IMG/VR virus record: IMGVR_UViG_3300042465_005479
Reading direction: 5' to 3' (one strand)
DNA length: 20,000 nucleotides
DNA from: an uncultured virus (IMG/VR IMGVR_UViG_3300042465_005479)
Taxonomy: Duplodnaviria > Heunggongvirae > Uroviricota > Caudoviricetes
Shown here: positions 1 through 8,494 of the stretch, piece by piece
Position numbering within the stretch: position 1 is the first letter of the stretch
Layout of the letters: each line of letters starts with the position of its first letter
Program-made: the position numbers and the translations under genes
Notes under the pieces: generated by a model
Told to the model about the DNA's origin: nothing
The model's input: only the letters and a program-made list of their open reading frames with translations
Database searches by the model: none

Positions 1-1296
1 GGTTCTAAAAGGTTTATTCTTGCCGATGATATGGGATTAGGTAAAACCACCGCAACCATTATCGCCGCTTTAGAGACGGGTGCAAAGAAAATATTAATTG
101 TTTGTCCGGCATCTCTTAAAATTAACTGGCAAAGAGAAATTGAGAACTATACCGATAGAAGTGTTTATATCTCTGAAGGTAAGAATTTTTCAATAGAACA
201 CGATTTTGTTATTGTAAATTACGATATTCTTAAAAACTTCTACGATTTGAAAGGTAAATCAGAATCTTTAATAACACAAGGAAATTTTGATTTAATTATT
301 TTGGATGAGGCTCATTATGTGAGTAATGGACAAGCCGCAAGAACCAAACTTGTTAATAGTTTTTCTAAAAGTTGTGAAAGAGTGTGGTTATTAACCGGGA
401 CACCGATGACTAACCGTCCAATGAATTATTTTAACTTATTGGCTCTTATTGAGAGTCCGGTGGCTCAGAATTGGATGGCTTACGCTATTAGATATTGTCA
501 AGGTTACCAATTCACCGCAGGAACTCGTAAAATATGGAATGTAACCGGAGCATCCAATTTGGAAGAATTAAGAGACAGAACCTCAAGACAAGTTTTACGT
601 AGGTTGAAAACGGAAGTGTTAGATTTACCTGAGAAAATTATTACACCGGTTTATCTAAGATTAAAGTCAAAACTTTATGAAGGGTTGATGGGGGAATACT
701 ATGATTGGTATAATAAGAATCCCGATGAGTCAACATCTTTGACGGTTCAATTCAGTAAGTTAATGAAAGTTCGTCAGGTAATTGCTGAAGAAAAAATAAA
801 AGATACTATAGAATTAGCTGAAAATATTTTGGAACAAGACAAAAAAGTTATTATCTTTACCAACTTTACTGAAACATTAAACAGAATTGCCGACCATTTT
901 GGAAAACAAGCGGTTAGATTAGATGGTTCAACATCAAAACCTCAACGACAATATGCTGTTGACCAATTCCAAGATAATGAAAAGATTAAAGTCTTTGTTG
1001 GTAACGTAAAAGCTGCCGGTGTAGGTATCACATTAACCGCCGCTGAAGCAGTAATCATTAATGACTTATCATTTGTTCCGGGTGACTTAGCTCAAGCAGA
1101 AGACAGAGCATACAGATACGGACAAAAAAATTCGGTATCAGTTTACTACCCAATATTTGATAACTCAATTGAAGGAATTATTTACGATATGGTAAATCAA
1201 AAGAAACAAAACATTGGAACCGTGATGGGGGACAATATCTCTGAAAGTGGAGATTTTATCGGAGAACTTATGAATAAAATAAACAACCGGGGTTAA
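1..1296 (+). CDS. SNF2/SWI2-family (HARP/SMARCAL1-like) DEAH helicase/ATPase, 5'-truncated
   Basis: The frame is open from base 1 (GSKRFILADDMGLGKT), so the ATG at 31 lies inside Walker A and the true start is upstream of the window. Motifs: ILIVCPASLKINW (Ia), IILDEAH (II), LLTGTP (III), LRRLK, KVIIF (IV), GVGITLTAA (V), QAEDRAYRYGQ (VI). Confidence 0.93.
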   Translation, partial: GSKRFILADDMGLGKTTATIIAALETGAKKILIVCPASLKINWQREIENYTDRSVYISEGKNFSIEHDFVIVNYDILKNFYDLKGKSESLITQGNFDLIILDEAHYVSNGQAARTKLVNSFSKSCERVWLLTGTPMTNRPMNYFNLLALIESPVAQNWMAYAIRYCQGYQFTAGTRKIWNVTGASNLEELRDRTSRQVLRRLKTEVLDLPEKIITPVYLRLKSKLYEGLMGEYYDWYNKNPDESTSLTVQFSKLMKVRQVIAEEKIKDTIELAENILEQDKKVIIFTNFTETLNRIADHFGKQAVRLDGSTSKPQRQYAVDQFQDNEKIKVFVGNVKAAGVGITLTAAEAVIINDLSFVPGDLAQAEDRAYRYGQKNSVSVYYPIFDNSIEGIIYDMVNQKKQNIGTVMGDNISESGDFIGELMNKINNRG

Positions 1297-1307
1297 TTCG
1301 GTTGTTT
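1281..1307 (+). terminator. Hairpin over the helicase stop codon, putative terminator
   Basis: Perfect 9-bp inverted repeat AAACAACCG (1281-1289) / CGGTTGTTT (1299-1307) spanning the TAA at 1294-1296; U-tract is short. Confidence 0.5.
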
Positions 1308-1308
1308 A

Positions 1309-1317
1309 GATATTTAT
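1309..1317 (+). promoter_or_regulatory. GATATTTAT upstream motif (putative phage promoter)
   Basis: TATTTAT at 1311-1317, 18 nt before the ATG at 1336; the same motif and spacing occur before the gene at 2246. Confidence 0.55.
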
Positions 1318-1335
1318 CGTAATAAACAAGCCTAT

Positions 1336-2220
1336 ATGAAAAATACAGAAAACAAGGTTAATCTATTAATTCAAGAGATTAACAAAAACGAAACGGACAG
1401 AAAAATATCATTAGTTTTATCAGAATCAAAAGCAGAAAAATGCTCACCATCTAAAGTTGAAGAAATTAGACAAGTATTCAACACAAACCCAAGAGTGAAA
1501 GAGTCGTTTAAAAACTCAATCAACCATATATTAAGAGAAGTGTTCCCTAACAATTATTACGCAAAAGGTAAATATGGTGAAGGGGAGATGTCCGGAATAT
1601 ACGATTTAGAACAAGAGGGTCGTTCAGTAATAAACAAATTAAACACAAACTATAGTTGTTTTTGTGTGTTACTTAGAGATGTTAATAAAGTTTTATTATC
1701 TCAAAAACAACAACCAATATCGTTTCAAAACTCAGACTCATTTGAACAATTAAACCAAGTTAAACGTTTTGTTAACGTTATTGATGATTATAAAGACAGA
1801 ATTTTTAATCCCGAGTCATCAACATTCCAATCTCTTATGATGGTTTTAGGACAAACCCACGCTTGGGGTCAAAAACGAGAAGACACTACGGTCGAAATCC
1901 TTAAAAAACAATTTGGTAAAGATAATGTAAATGCTGTTGGTAAACTTGGTAGTAGTGAAGATATGATTGGTGGAATTGATTGTGAAATAATTATTGATGG
2001 TGAGAGAAAAACCGCACAAATTAAACCATTCACAAATACCAAAACTGAAGACGGTAACACTATTGTTATGGGTTCAGGAAATGTTAAAAGATATAATACC
2101 GATTGGTTGATATTTGCCAAAAACAACAAAGAAATCCTGATATTTAACAATAAAAACGGTAAAATATGGGGTGGTAATTTTGTTTTCCCTGAAGAAAATT
2201 TAATTTATACTCTTAGCTGA
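1336..2220 (+). CDS. Hypothetical protein with C-terminal PD-(D/E)XK nuclease-like motif
   Basis: 294-aa ORF. The C-terminal GQKRE...EDMIGGIDCEIIIDGERKTAQIKP fits an E...D-x(n)-Q-x-K restriction-endonuclease-fold pattern; the N-terminal part is unrecognised. Confidence 0.55.
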   Translation: MKNTENKVNLLIQEINKNETDRKISLVLSESKAEKCSPSKVEEIRQVFNTNPRVKESFKNSINHILREVFPNNYYAKGKYGEGEMSGIYDLEQEGRSVINKLNTNYSCFCVLLRDVNKVLLSQKQQPISFQNSDSFEQLNQVKRFVNVIDDYKDRIFNPESSTFQSLMMVLGQTHAWGQKREDTTVEILKKQFGKDNVNAVGKLGSSEDMIGGIDCEIIIDGERKTAQIKPFTNTKTEDGNTIVMGSGNVKRYNTDWLIFAKNNKEILIFNNKNGKIWGGNFVFPEENLIYTLS

Positions 2221-2227
2221 TATTTAT
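2219..2227 (+). promoter_or_regulatory. GATATTTAT upstream motif (putative phage promoter)
   Basis: TATTTAT at 2221-2227, 18 nt before the ATG at 2246; overlaps the previous TGA stop. Confidence 0.55.
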
Positions 2228-2245
2228 ATAGAAACACAAATCTAT

Positions 2246-3367
2246 ATGGCTGGAATTGCAGAACCGGAAAGAACCCAACTTTACACACGAATCAAACACT
2301 TATTGGGTGCACCACTTCGTTCGATTGAAATCGAAGACGAAATGATGGATAGTTTAATGGAATTGTCAATTAGTGATTATTCCCAATATGTTCAAGATTG
2401 GTTAATTGAATCCCAATGGACATCCCTATATAATCTTAACTTAGATACTCAATCATTATCAAGAGCATTCATAACTAAAAGTTTAGACTATGAAACTCGA
2501 TACACTTACGCTTATTCAAAAATTGTTGGATTACAAGCCGGTGGTGATTGGGAACTTAAAAAAGATTATATTGATTTAGTTGCTCATCAACAAATTTATG
2601 AAATCCCTGCTAATAGAGAAATCAATGAAGTTATGTGGTATACACCCGCAGAACTTAATAGTATGTTATTAGACCCTTGGACTTTTGGTTCATTGGGTGC
2701 CGGTGGTATTGGTGGACCGGGTGGGTTTGCTCAGATGGGTATGTCAGGTTCAATGTTTATGATGCCAGCGTTTGATATGTTATTGAGAATGCAAGAGAAT
2801 AATATTCAACGAAGAATTATTGCCGGTGATTTAACTTATAGAATTACAGCTTTACCTGAAGGTAAAAAGGCGTTACATTTAATGCAAGTTCCCGGTGGTA
2901 AATTTGACTTTGGTAGTGCAACAATGAAAAGAGGTAAAGTTTGGTATTGGTATTATGACGTAGGTCCTGCAGATAGAGACAAATGTTTAAAATCAAATCC
3001 GGACATTATTAAATTACCTTCAGATGTTCCGTTAGAAGGAATTGATTGGGTAGATTTAAATAACCCCGCTCAAGTTTGGATTCGTCGTTGGTTTACCGCT
3101 TATGTTAAAGAAACTTTAGCGAGAGTTCGTGGTAAATTTAGTGGTAATGTTAAAACACCTGATAGCGAGTTAACAATGGACTATCAATCATTAGCGACAG
3201 AAGCTAAAGATGAAAAGACTAAATTAATTGAAGAATTGATTGGTGCTGAAGGTAGGTTAACAAGATTAAAACCTGAAAAAGTAATGGAACGAGAGGCATT
3301 AATCGCAGAGAACTTAAACAAACAGTTAAAGTTCAGAGCAATGCCAAGACAAATATACGTAATTTAA
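2246..3367 (+). CDS. Neck / head-completion protein (T4 gp13-like)
   Basis: N-terminal LYTRIKHLLGAPLRSIEIEDEMMD and C-terminal WIRRWFTAYVKETLARVRGKFSG...LATEAKDEKTKLIEEL match the pattern of T4-like gp13 neck proteins. Confidence 0.78.
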   Translation: MAGIAEPERTQLYTRIKHLLGAPLRSIEIEDEMMDSLMELSISDYSQYVQDWLIESQWTSLYNLNLDTQSLSRAFITKSLDYETRYTYAYSKIVGLQAGGDWELKKDYIDLVAHQQIYEIPANREINEVMWYTPAELNSMLLDPWTFGSLGAGGIGGPGGFAQMGMSGSMFMMPAFDMLLRMQENNIQRRIIAGDLTYRITALPEGKKALHLMQVPGGKFDFGSATMKRGKVWYWYYDVGPADRDKCLKSNPDIIKLPSDVPLEGIDWVDLNNPAQVWIRRWFTAYVKETLARVRGKFSGNVKTPDSELTMDYQSLATEAKDEKTKLIEELIGAEGRLTRLKPEKVMEREALIAENLNKQLKFRAMPRQIYVI

Positions 3368-3372
3368 TTTAT

Positions 3373-3717
3373 ATGACATTTATAACAAGAACAAAAATTG
3401 GGAACAAATTATTTGGCTCAATGTCCAATTTAAACACAACTAACCCTATTCAAACAGTTACGGTTCCGGAACATAGAACTAATGGCGAAGAATTCATCTT
3501 AGTTAAAGATGTCCCTAATTGTAAAATAATATTAGACCAAAGTAGTACTGAACACATTGTAATAAAGTCATTAACTAATGTTTTAATAGTTCCATTTATG
3601 GGTCTTATTGATGAACAATATGATGAAATATTAATTGAAAGAGGTGCTGCCGTTGAATTATTCCGGGTTGACGGTAATTGGTATATTCTTTCAAGTGATG
3701 GGGTAAAACTACAATAA
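3373..3717 (+). CDS. Small hypothetical protein, probable virion beta-strand domain
   Basis: 114-aa ORF starting 5 nt after the neck gene; C-terminal IDEQYDEILIERGAAVELFRVDGNWYILS resembles short beta domains of phage tail/fibre proteins. Confidence 0.55.
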   Translation: MTFITRTKIGNKLFGSMSNLNTTNPIQTVTVPEHRTNGEEFILVKDVPNCKIILDQSSTEHIVIKSLTNVLIVPFMGLIDEQYDEILIERGAAVELFRVDGNWYILSSDGVKLQ

Positions 3718-3743
3718 AAAAGGTGTCGTATTCGACACCTTTT
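3718..3743. terminator. Bidirectional rho-independent terminator between convergent genes
   Basis: AAAAGGTGTCG-tatt-CGACACCTTTT, an 11-bp perfect stem with A/T tracts on both sides, between the stops at 3717 (+) and 3749 (-). Confidence 0.88.
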
Positions 3744-3748
3744 CTGTT

Positions 3749-6538
3749 TTAATTAATATGTTCTTCCCAACCTGGTTCTGCCAATTCATAAATGTATTCA
3801 GAACTAACACCAACTCTATCCCAAAACTTTAATTCCAAATCAGTTATTGTTAATAAATCCTCAATCGTATCTTGGTCCCCTTCTTTATTTGGTATACCTC
3901 CAACCAACTCACATTGAGTCTTAGTAAAAAACCCTCTATCTTCAGGGTTAGCAATTAATAAACTTTCTCTTAACTCCTTATTAAAAACAATTAATAATGG
4001 TTCCACTTTTTTATTAAATGTTGAGATTGCTCTTGCAACATTATAATCTCCGGTTAAGTCAGGGTTATTCTCAATTTCGGTTTGGTCCAACATATAACAA
4101 TTAAGTTGTATTGTTGAGGTAGACTTATCTTCAGGTTCCATACCATTAACTGATGTAAATAAATCCAATTCTTTTTTAGTGTAATTGTTTTTTGTGATTT
4201 TTTGAACATCTCCGTGTGACGCTTTTAAACCATTATTGACATAGCTAATAACATCTCCCAATGAAACTTTTAAGTCGTGTTTGATAGCCAATTCCATATG
4301 AGCCATTCTACTCATCAATGAACCCGCCTTTGTTTTCTGACCACATCTCTTTTTATAATCTTCAACAGATAGTTTAACTCTCGCTCTTTGAGCGATTTGT
4401 TTTAATGGGATTTGTTGGTTGTATATTCTTTGGTGATACTCAAAATACCACTCAACGAATTCTTGTCCTTTTCCTTCTAATAACAATTTCACACCTTTAT
4501 CTAAAAACACCTCAATGTATAGTGGTAATTTCTTAGATTTAATTGAGTTCCCGGTTAATTTAATTTTACCATTAGATTCCATTGTTGCGTAGTTCTTTCT
4601 ACTCAAGTTAATACAAGAATCCCAAGTTCCATCACAATCTAACCCCATCTCACCTTTCATAAACAAATCATTGTATTCTGCGGTGTCGGCGTAATATCCT
4701 CTGTATTCTTTACCCTCTTTAACTAACCAATTTAGTCCTTTACCAATATAAACTCTATCATCAACACCCTCATCCGGTAAACTAAAGTTAACACCATCCG
4801 TATCAAGTACCAAAGGTGTGTATCCTCGTTTAACAAAGTATTTTACCATTTGACGAAGATATTGTCTTCCGGTGCAGGTAATTCTTTCACCACTATTCAT
4901 TTCCCCCCACTCATAAACGTGTGGTGCTGATAATCCACCAAACATCGAGTTAATAAAGATTTTTAATGGTAATTGTTTTCTATCGTATGAAAGTGATTTT
5001 TTAGAATCAATTGATTTATACTCCGACGCCAAGTTTTTATACATAATACGAGCATTACGGAAATAAGTTAACATCCCTTTCATCCCACCCATAACATCAC
5101 ACTCAGGGAACACGTCGTGAACCAATTGAATAGACGGATATAGGGAAGAGTAATCGAGTTTTAATACGTTGGTAGAGTAACCCACCTTAAGTAGTCTTGA
5201 AAGTCCTCCTACGAAGTCTGTCTTCTCTTCTTTTGCTGGAATAGCTAATTTGTTCTTGTAAGACCAAGCCAACATAATCATTCTCCATAGAGTTGCGGTT
5301 CCCATTGTGGAAACTCTCTCGTATGTTGTTGGTACCATTGATGCTAATAGAAACGTTCCTTGGTTGAATTCATCATCCACTGTCAACGTTTCCTCTAAGT
5401 CATCGTCAAGATATCTCTCCACAATATTATCTCCGGTAACCTTTAAGTATTTCCCCGGGAATCTTGTATCTAAATTATTAAAGTCCGGATTATCGGCTCT
5501 TTTATATTTCCCATTCTCAACATTTAACCAATATTCCTCCTTTTTGGCATACATCGGTCCAATTTCTAAGTGGTCAATATAAACTCGGTCGGGGGCTTCA
5601 GCTTTAATGTATTGAGTAATGTATTTAAGTCCTGCGGATTTAATACTTGAATTGATTGCTTGTGCTCTACGAACTGAGTGGATAATATCAATAATATTAT
5701 AACCCCACAATTGAGTTTGTGAGAATCTCTCTACCTCGTTGGCAAGTTTTAACATACCGTCTTTTTGAGATATGGGTCTTGCCGGGTTTAGTGATTTAGC
5801 GATTTTTTTGATGTCCAAGTTAAGTGCTTTGCATCTCTCAAATATCCAAAACCAGTCAAAGTTTGCTGAATTGTATCCACCAATGATTGATGGTTTAAGT
5901 TCATCGATAATGTTGAAGAACTCAACTAATCCTCTTCGTTCTTGGTCCTCATCCGCACATTCAATAACTTTTTGGTATCCTTTATTGGTTTTGATTCCAA
6001 TCATAAATATACGACCGTCTTTAGGTTCAAGAGCAGTCGTCTCCAAGTCAAATCCGAGTCGGGTGATGTCATTGTATTCTTCATACCCTTTGAATAGTCT
6101 TTTCTCTCTTGAAATTAAATATTGTTCTACCGGTGGGAGAACTGTTAATTTTCCTTTTGTCTTTTCACCCCACGGGTCTACACCACCCTCTTTAAAGAAT
6201 TGGATGAGTGAACGATAACCCTTCATTGATTTAACCATATATTTGAGACCCTTTTCTAATCTCTCATTACCTTTGGTTTCTAACTTATCAATGATGATTC
6301 CGTGTTTTTTCATCGCATCTTTTTGTAAGTCTTTAGATTTTGAATAAAAGTTCAAATCTCTCAAGTCTCCAACCCAAGCAAATGCCGTAAATGTATCTTT
6401 TTTGATTATTTTTCCCTGACTCGGGATTTCTTTAATTTTGTAGACTGAATCTGATACGTAATCATATTCAATCGCAACTATGTGCTCTTCGGGGTCATTC
6501 CCTTCAAGGAATGCCTTAATTTCTTCTTGTGTTATCAT
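3749..6538 (-). CDS. polB: Family B DNA polymerase with 3'-5' exonuclease domain
   Basis: ExoI FDLETT, ExoII GYNSANFDW, ExoIII YLDDDL; polymerase motif A LDYSSLYPS, motif B KIFINSMFG, motif C LDTDGV. 929 aa; no intein or intron seen. Confidence 0.96.
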   Translation of the reverse strand: MITQEEIKAFLEGNDPEEHIVAIEYDYVSDSVYKIKEIPSQGKIIKKDTFTAFAWVGDLRDLNFYSKSKDLQKDAMKKHGIIIDKLETKGNERLEKGLKYMVKSMKGYRSLIQFFKEGGVDPWGEKTKGKLTVLPPVEQYLISREKRLFKGYEEYNDITRLGFDLETTALEPKDGRIFMIGIKTNKGYQKVIECADEDQERRGLVEFFNIIDELKPSIIGGYNSANFDWFWIFERCKALNLDIKKIAKSLNPARPISQKDGMLKLANEVERFSQTQLWGYNIIDIIHSVRRAQAINSSIKSAGLKYITQYIKAEAPDRVYIDHLEIGPMYAKKEEYWLNVENGKYKRADNPDFNNLDTRFPGKYLKVTGDNIVERYLDDDLEETLTVDDEFNQGTFLLASMVPTTYERVSTMGTATLWRMIMLAWSYKNKLAIPAKEEKTDFVGGLSRLLKVGYSTNVLKLDYSSLYPSIQLVHDVFPECDVMGGMKGMLTYFRNARIMYKNLASEYKSIDSKKSLSYDRKQLPLKIFINSMFGGLSAPHVYEWGEMNSGERITCTGRQYLRQMVKYFVKRGYTPLVLDTDGVNFSLPDEGVDDRVYIGKGLNWLVKEGKEYRGYYADTAEYNDLFMKGEMGLDCDGTWDSCINLSRKNYATMESNGKIKLTGNSIKSKKLPLYIEVFLDKGVKLLLEGKGQEFVEWYFEYHQRIYNQQIPLKQIAQRARVKLSVEDYKKRCGQKTKAGSLMSRMAHMELAIKHDLKVSLGDVISYVNNGLKASHGDVQKITKNNYTKKELDLFTSVNGMEPEDKSTSTIQLNCYMLDQTEIENNPDLTGDYNVARAISTFNKKVEPLLIVFNKELRESLLIANPEDRGFFTKTQCELVGGIPNKEGDQDTIEDLLTITDLELKFWDRVGVSSEYIYELAEPGWEEHIN

Positions 6539-6597
6539 AATTATATTTTTTAGATTGACATATTGGCTCCGATATAAATCGGGTTTGTCTTGTTTCT

Positions 6598-6630
6598 ATA
6601 AATATATTGTAATAATCTCATTTAGTCAAA
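6598..6630 (-). promoter_or_regulatory. Putative promoter of the DNA polymerase gene
   Basis: Minus strand reads TTTGACTAAATGAGATTATTACAATATATTTAT. This gives TTGACT-17 nt-TATATT (sigma70-like) and also TTTG-20 nt-TATATTTA (one mismatch from the Bacteroidota -33/-7 consensus TTTG/TAnnTTTG). It lies just downstream of a terminator. Confidence 0.6.
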
Positions 6631-6633
6631 TAC

Positions 6634-6660
6634 AAAAAAAAAAGACCCGAAGGTCTTTTT
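6634..6660 (-). terminator. Rho-independent terminator with C(UUCG)G tetraloop
   Basis: Minus strand AAAAAGACC-TTCG-GGTCTTTTTTTTTT, 3 nt after the stop (6664) of the carbonic anhydrase-like gene. Confidence 0.9.
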
Positions 6661-6663
6661 GTT

Positions 6664-7737
6664 TTATAATGGTAATCCTGAAACATATTCTGATGTTAGG
6701 TCAACCCAACCACCGTTAATACTATATTTCCAAAATTGGTCGATATTAACGTATGATTCATATCCATAATCTGTATTAATAAAAACACCACTAGTGAAAA
6801 ATATCTCAGTAGAAGGTCTTGATAATAACACACTATTTGTTGCTCCCGATAAATTAGCAAATAAATAAGTAAATGCGTTTTCTTTAATTTTATTTGTTGA
6901 AAAAATCATTTGTTTATTATATATTTCTTCCGATGTTCCCGTAAATCCTGATAATGTACCACGAAACGGCCATAAGATATCAACTAACTTATAAAATTCA
7001 TAATCTCCTGAACCTGAATAAGTACTAAATGTTGGTGTGGTAGCACTCCAAGTTGTTAATACCTCACCTATGGCTCCCGCCACAGCTCCACAAGTATTAT
7101 CTGTGATACTATCTGGTTTACCTTTTCTTAACATTCTTCCCGCACGACCATCTATTGTTACACCAATATGAGGTGTACTTGTTATAAATAAAGTTCCGCC
7201 ACTTGTAATGTGGCTAGCCCAAGCACCTAACCCAACAGTTCCAACAAATGGGAACCCTGCTAAACCACCTGACATAAACGGACCAAGAAATGTGTTCATA
7301 GAAGTTGGAAATTGTCCAATATTATCAACACCTGTAAATACGGGACCATCAACATCATCAGAACATATACCTTCGGCGTAAATAATATCATCAGGGGAAT
7401 AACCTTTACTAGTAATAAATCCTTTTGTATACTCACCCCAAGATTCCGATAACGTTGACGAAGAATATGCTAAACCACCTTCCGGATTAACAATACCTCT
7501 AAGGGTAGTTGTATAACCTGATTGTAATGGAGCCGGCGCCGGCACATTAAAATTGTAACTATAGTTATATTCTAAAACATTAATATCATAATTACCATAT
7601 GGATATGGTGTAATATTATTAAATGGTATTGTCTGAATACCTAAATTTTGTGGTGTCCCTCCGGATGCTGGAGTAAAGGTAACAGACGCGGTTTTACCTA
7701 TTAAATTATTACTGATAATTCTTAAACCTATTGACAT
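6664..7737 (-). CDS. LCIB/LCIC-family (theta-class) carbonic anhydrase-like protein with an extra N-terminal domain
   Basis: Ordered family motifs: ICSDD (Cys125, Asp127), GPFMSGGLAGFPFVGTVGLGAWASHI, TPHIGVTIDGRAGRMLRKG (His190), NTCGAVAGA (Cys216), and late GVFINT. The first ~70 aa are a separate beta-rich segment ending in a PAPAP linker. Confidence 0.82.
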   Translation of the reverse strand: MSIGLRIISNNLIGKTASVTFTPASGGTPQNLGIQTIPFNNITPYPYGNYDINVLEYNYSYNFNVPAPAPLQSGYTTTLRGIVNPEGGLAYSSSTLSESWGEYTKGFITSKGYSPDDIIYAEGICSDDVDGPVFTGVDNIGQFPTSMNTFLGPFMSGGLAGFPFVGTVGLGAWASHITSGGTLFITSTPHIGVTIDGRAGRMLRKGKPDSITDNTCGAVAGAIGEVLTTWSATTPTFSTYSGSGDYEFYKLVDILWPFRGTLSGFTGTSEEIYNKQMIFSTNKIKENAFTYLFANLSGATNSVLLSRPSTEIFFTSGVFINTDYGYESYVNIDQFWKYSINGGWVDLTSEYVSGLPL

Positions 7738-7768
7738 AATTATTTTTTTTGTTTTTTTTTATTTATTT

Positions 7769-7777
7769 ATAAATATC
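7769..7777 (-). promoter_or_regulatory. GATATTTAT upstream motif (putative phage promoter)
   Basis: Minus-strand GATATTTAT 31 nt before the ATG at 7737, followed by an A-rich leader with no Shine-Dalgarno sequence. Confidence 0.5.
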
Positions 7778-7793
7778 AAACACTTTAAAAAAG

Positions 7794-8480
7794 TTAAAGT
7801 AAAATGTTTGATATAATATCATTATTTGGGATTATATCATCACCTAAATTATTATCAGGAATACTATTTGTTATAATATTGTTATTTGGTATGATGTCAT
7901 CACCTAAATTATTGTCAGGAATATTACTCGTTATAATATCGTTATTTGGTATAACATCGTCATCTAAATTATTATTAGGGATTGTTTTATAAATAAAATC
8001 TTTGTCTTTAATTAATTCATAATTAAAATATACAAGTGATGGTGGTTGTGGTATAACAGAATGTGATACACAACAAGGATAAACTGATGTGTAGCAAGTA
8101 TCATATTCTAAATCGTCAGCAATAAATGACTCTTGAATATATATGTTTAGTTTTTCCCTAATTGGTAATATTATATTACCGTCAGATGTCTTTATTAAAA
8201 ATTGTCCTTCATTTCTACCCTCAACACTCGTGTCTTGTTTGGTAAATTGATAGTAAATATAATATTCAGGTTCTGCATTGGGGTCGTCAAATATTTTTTC
8301 AACAAACCCCGCTGGTCTTGAAGTTATTTTTGGAATACCTGTCTCAGAATTAACCATAGAAAAGAATATGGTTGAGGATTCCAATAATTCCATAAAATTA
8401 TTGTAATCACTTCTACCATCTTTTACTACTTGAAGTTTAAGAAGAGGTAAGGTTGCGTTTTTCTTTATAAAAAATTCCAT
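7794..8480 (-). CDS. BppU-like (baseplate upper protein N-terminal-type) domain protein with Asn/Asp-rich repeat tail
   Basis: MEFFIKKNATLPLLKLQV...YIYYQFTKQDTSVEGRNEGQFLI...ILP matches the F-x-IK-x-N-x-T-x-P...Y-x-(W/F)...DT...G...G-(E/Q)-F pattern of BppU-like Ig-fold adaptors; C-terminal 3 x 20-aa repeat. Confidence 0.6.
   Translation of the reverse strand: MEFFIKKNATLPLLKLQVVKDGRSDYNNFMELLESSTIFFSMVNSETGIPKITSRPAGFVEKIFDDPNAEPEYYIYYQFTKQDTSVEGRNEGQFLIKTSDGNIILPIREKLNIYIQESFIADDLEYDTCYTSVYPCCVSHSVIPQPPSLVYFNYELIKDKDFIYKTIPNNNLDDDVIPNNDIITSNIPDNNLGDDIIPNNNIITNSIPDNNLGDDIIPNNDIISNILL
7807..7983 (-). repeat. Three imperfect 60-bp tandem repeats (coding)
   Basis: Lines starting 7801, 7861 and 7921 align column by column; they encode IPNNNLDDDVIPNNDIITSN / IPDNNLGDDIIPNNNIITNS / IPDNNLGDDIIPNNDIISN. 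Confidence 0.92.
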
Positions 8481-8494
8481 TAAAGTTTTTATTT

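Noticed and set aside
31..33. ORF-track start of the helicase at ATG 31
   Set aside because: This Met is inside the ILADDMGLGKT Walker A motif and the frame is open to base 1; the gene starts outside the window.
3749..6538. Intein or intron in the DNA polymerase
   Set aside because: Motifs A, B and C are normally spaced in one continuous frame; no intein splice motifs or LAGLIDADG blocks were seen.
7807..7983. 60-bp periodic repeat as a possible CRISPR array
   Set aside because: The units are contiguous with no unique spacers, vary mainly at codon third positions, and lie in an open frame; no cas genes are present.
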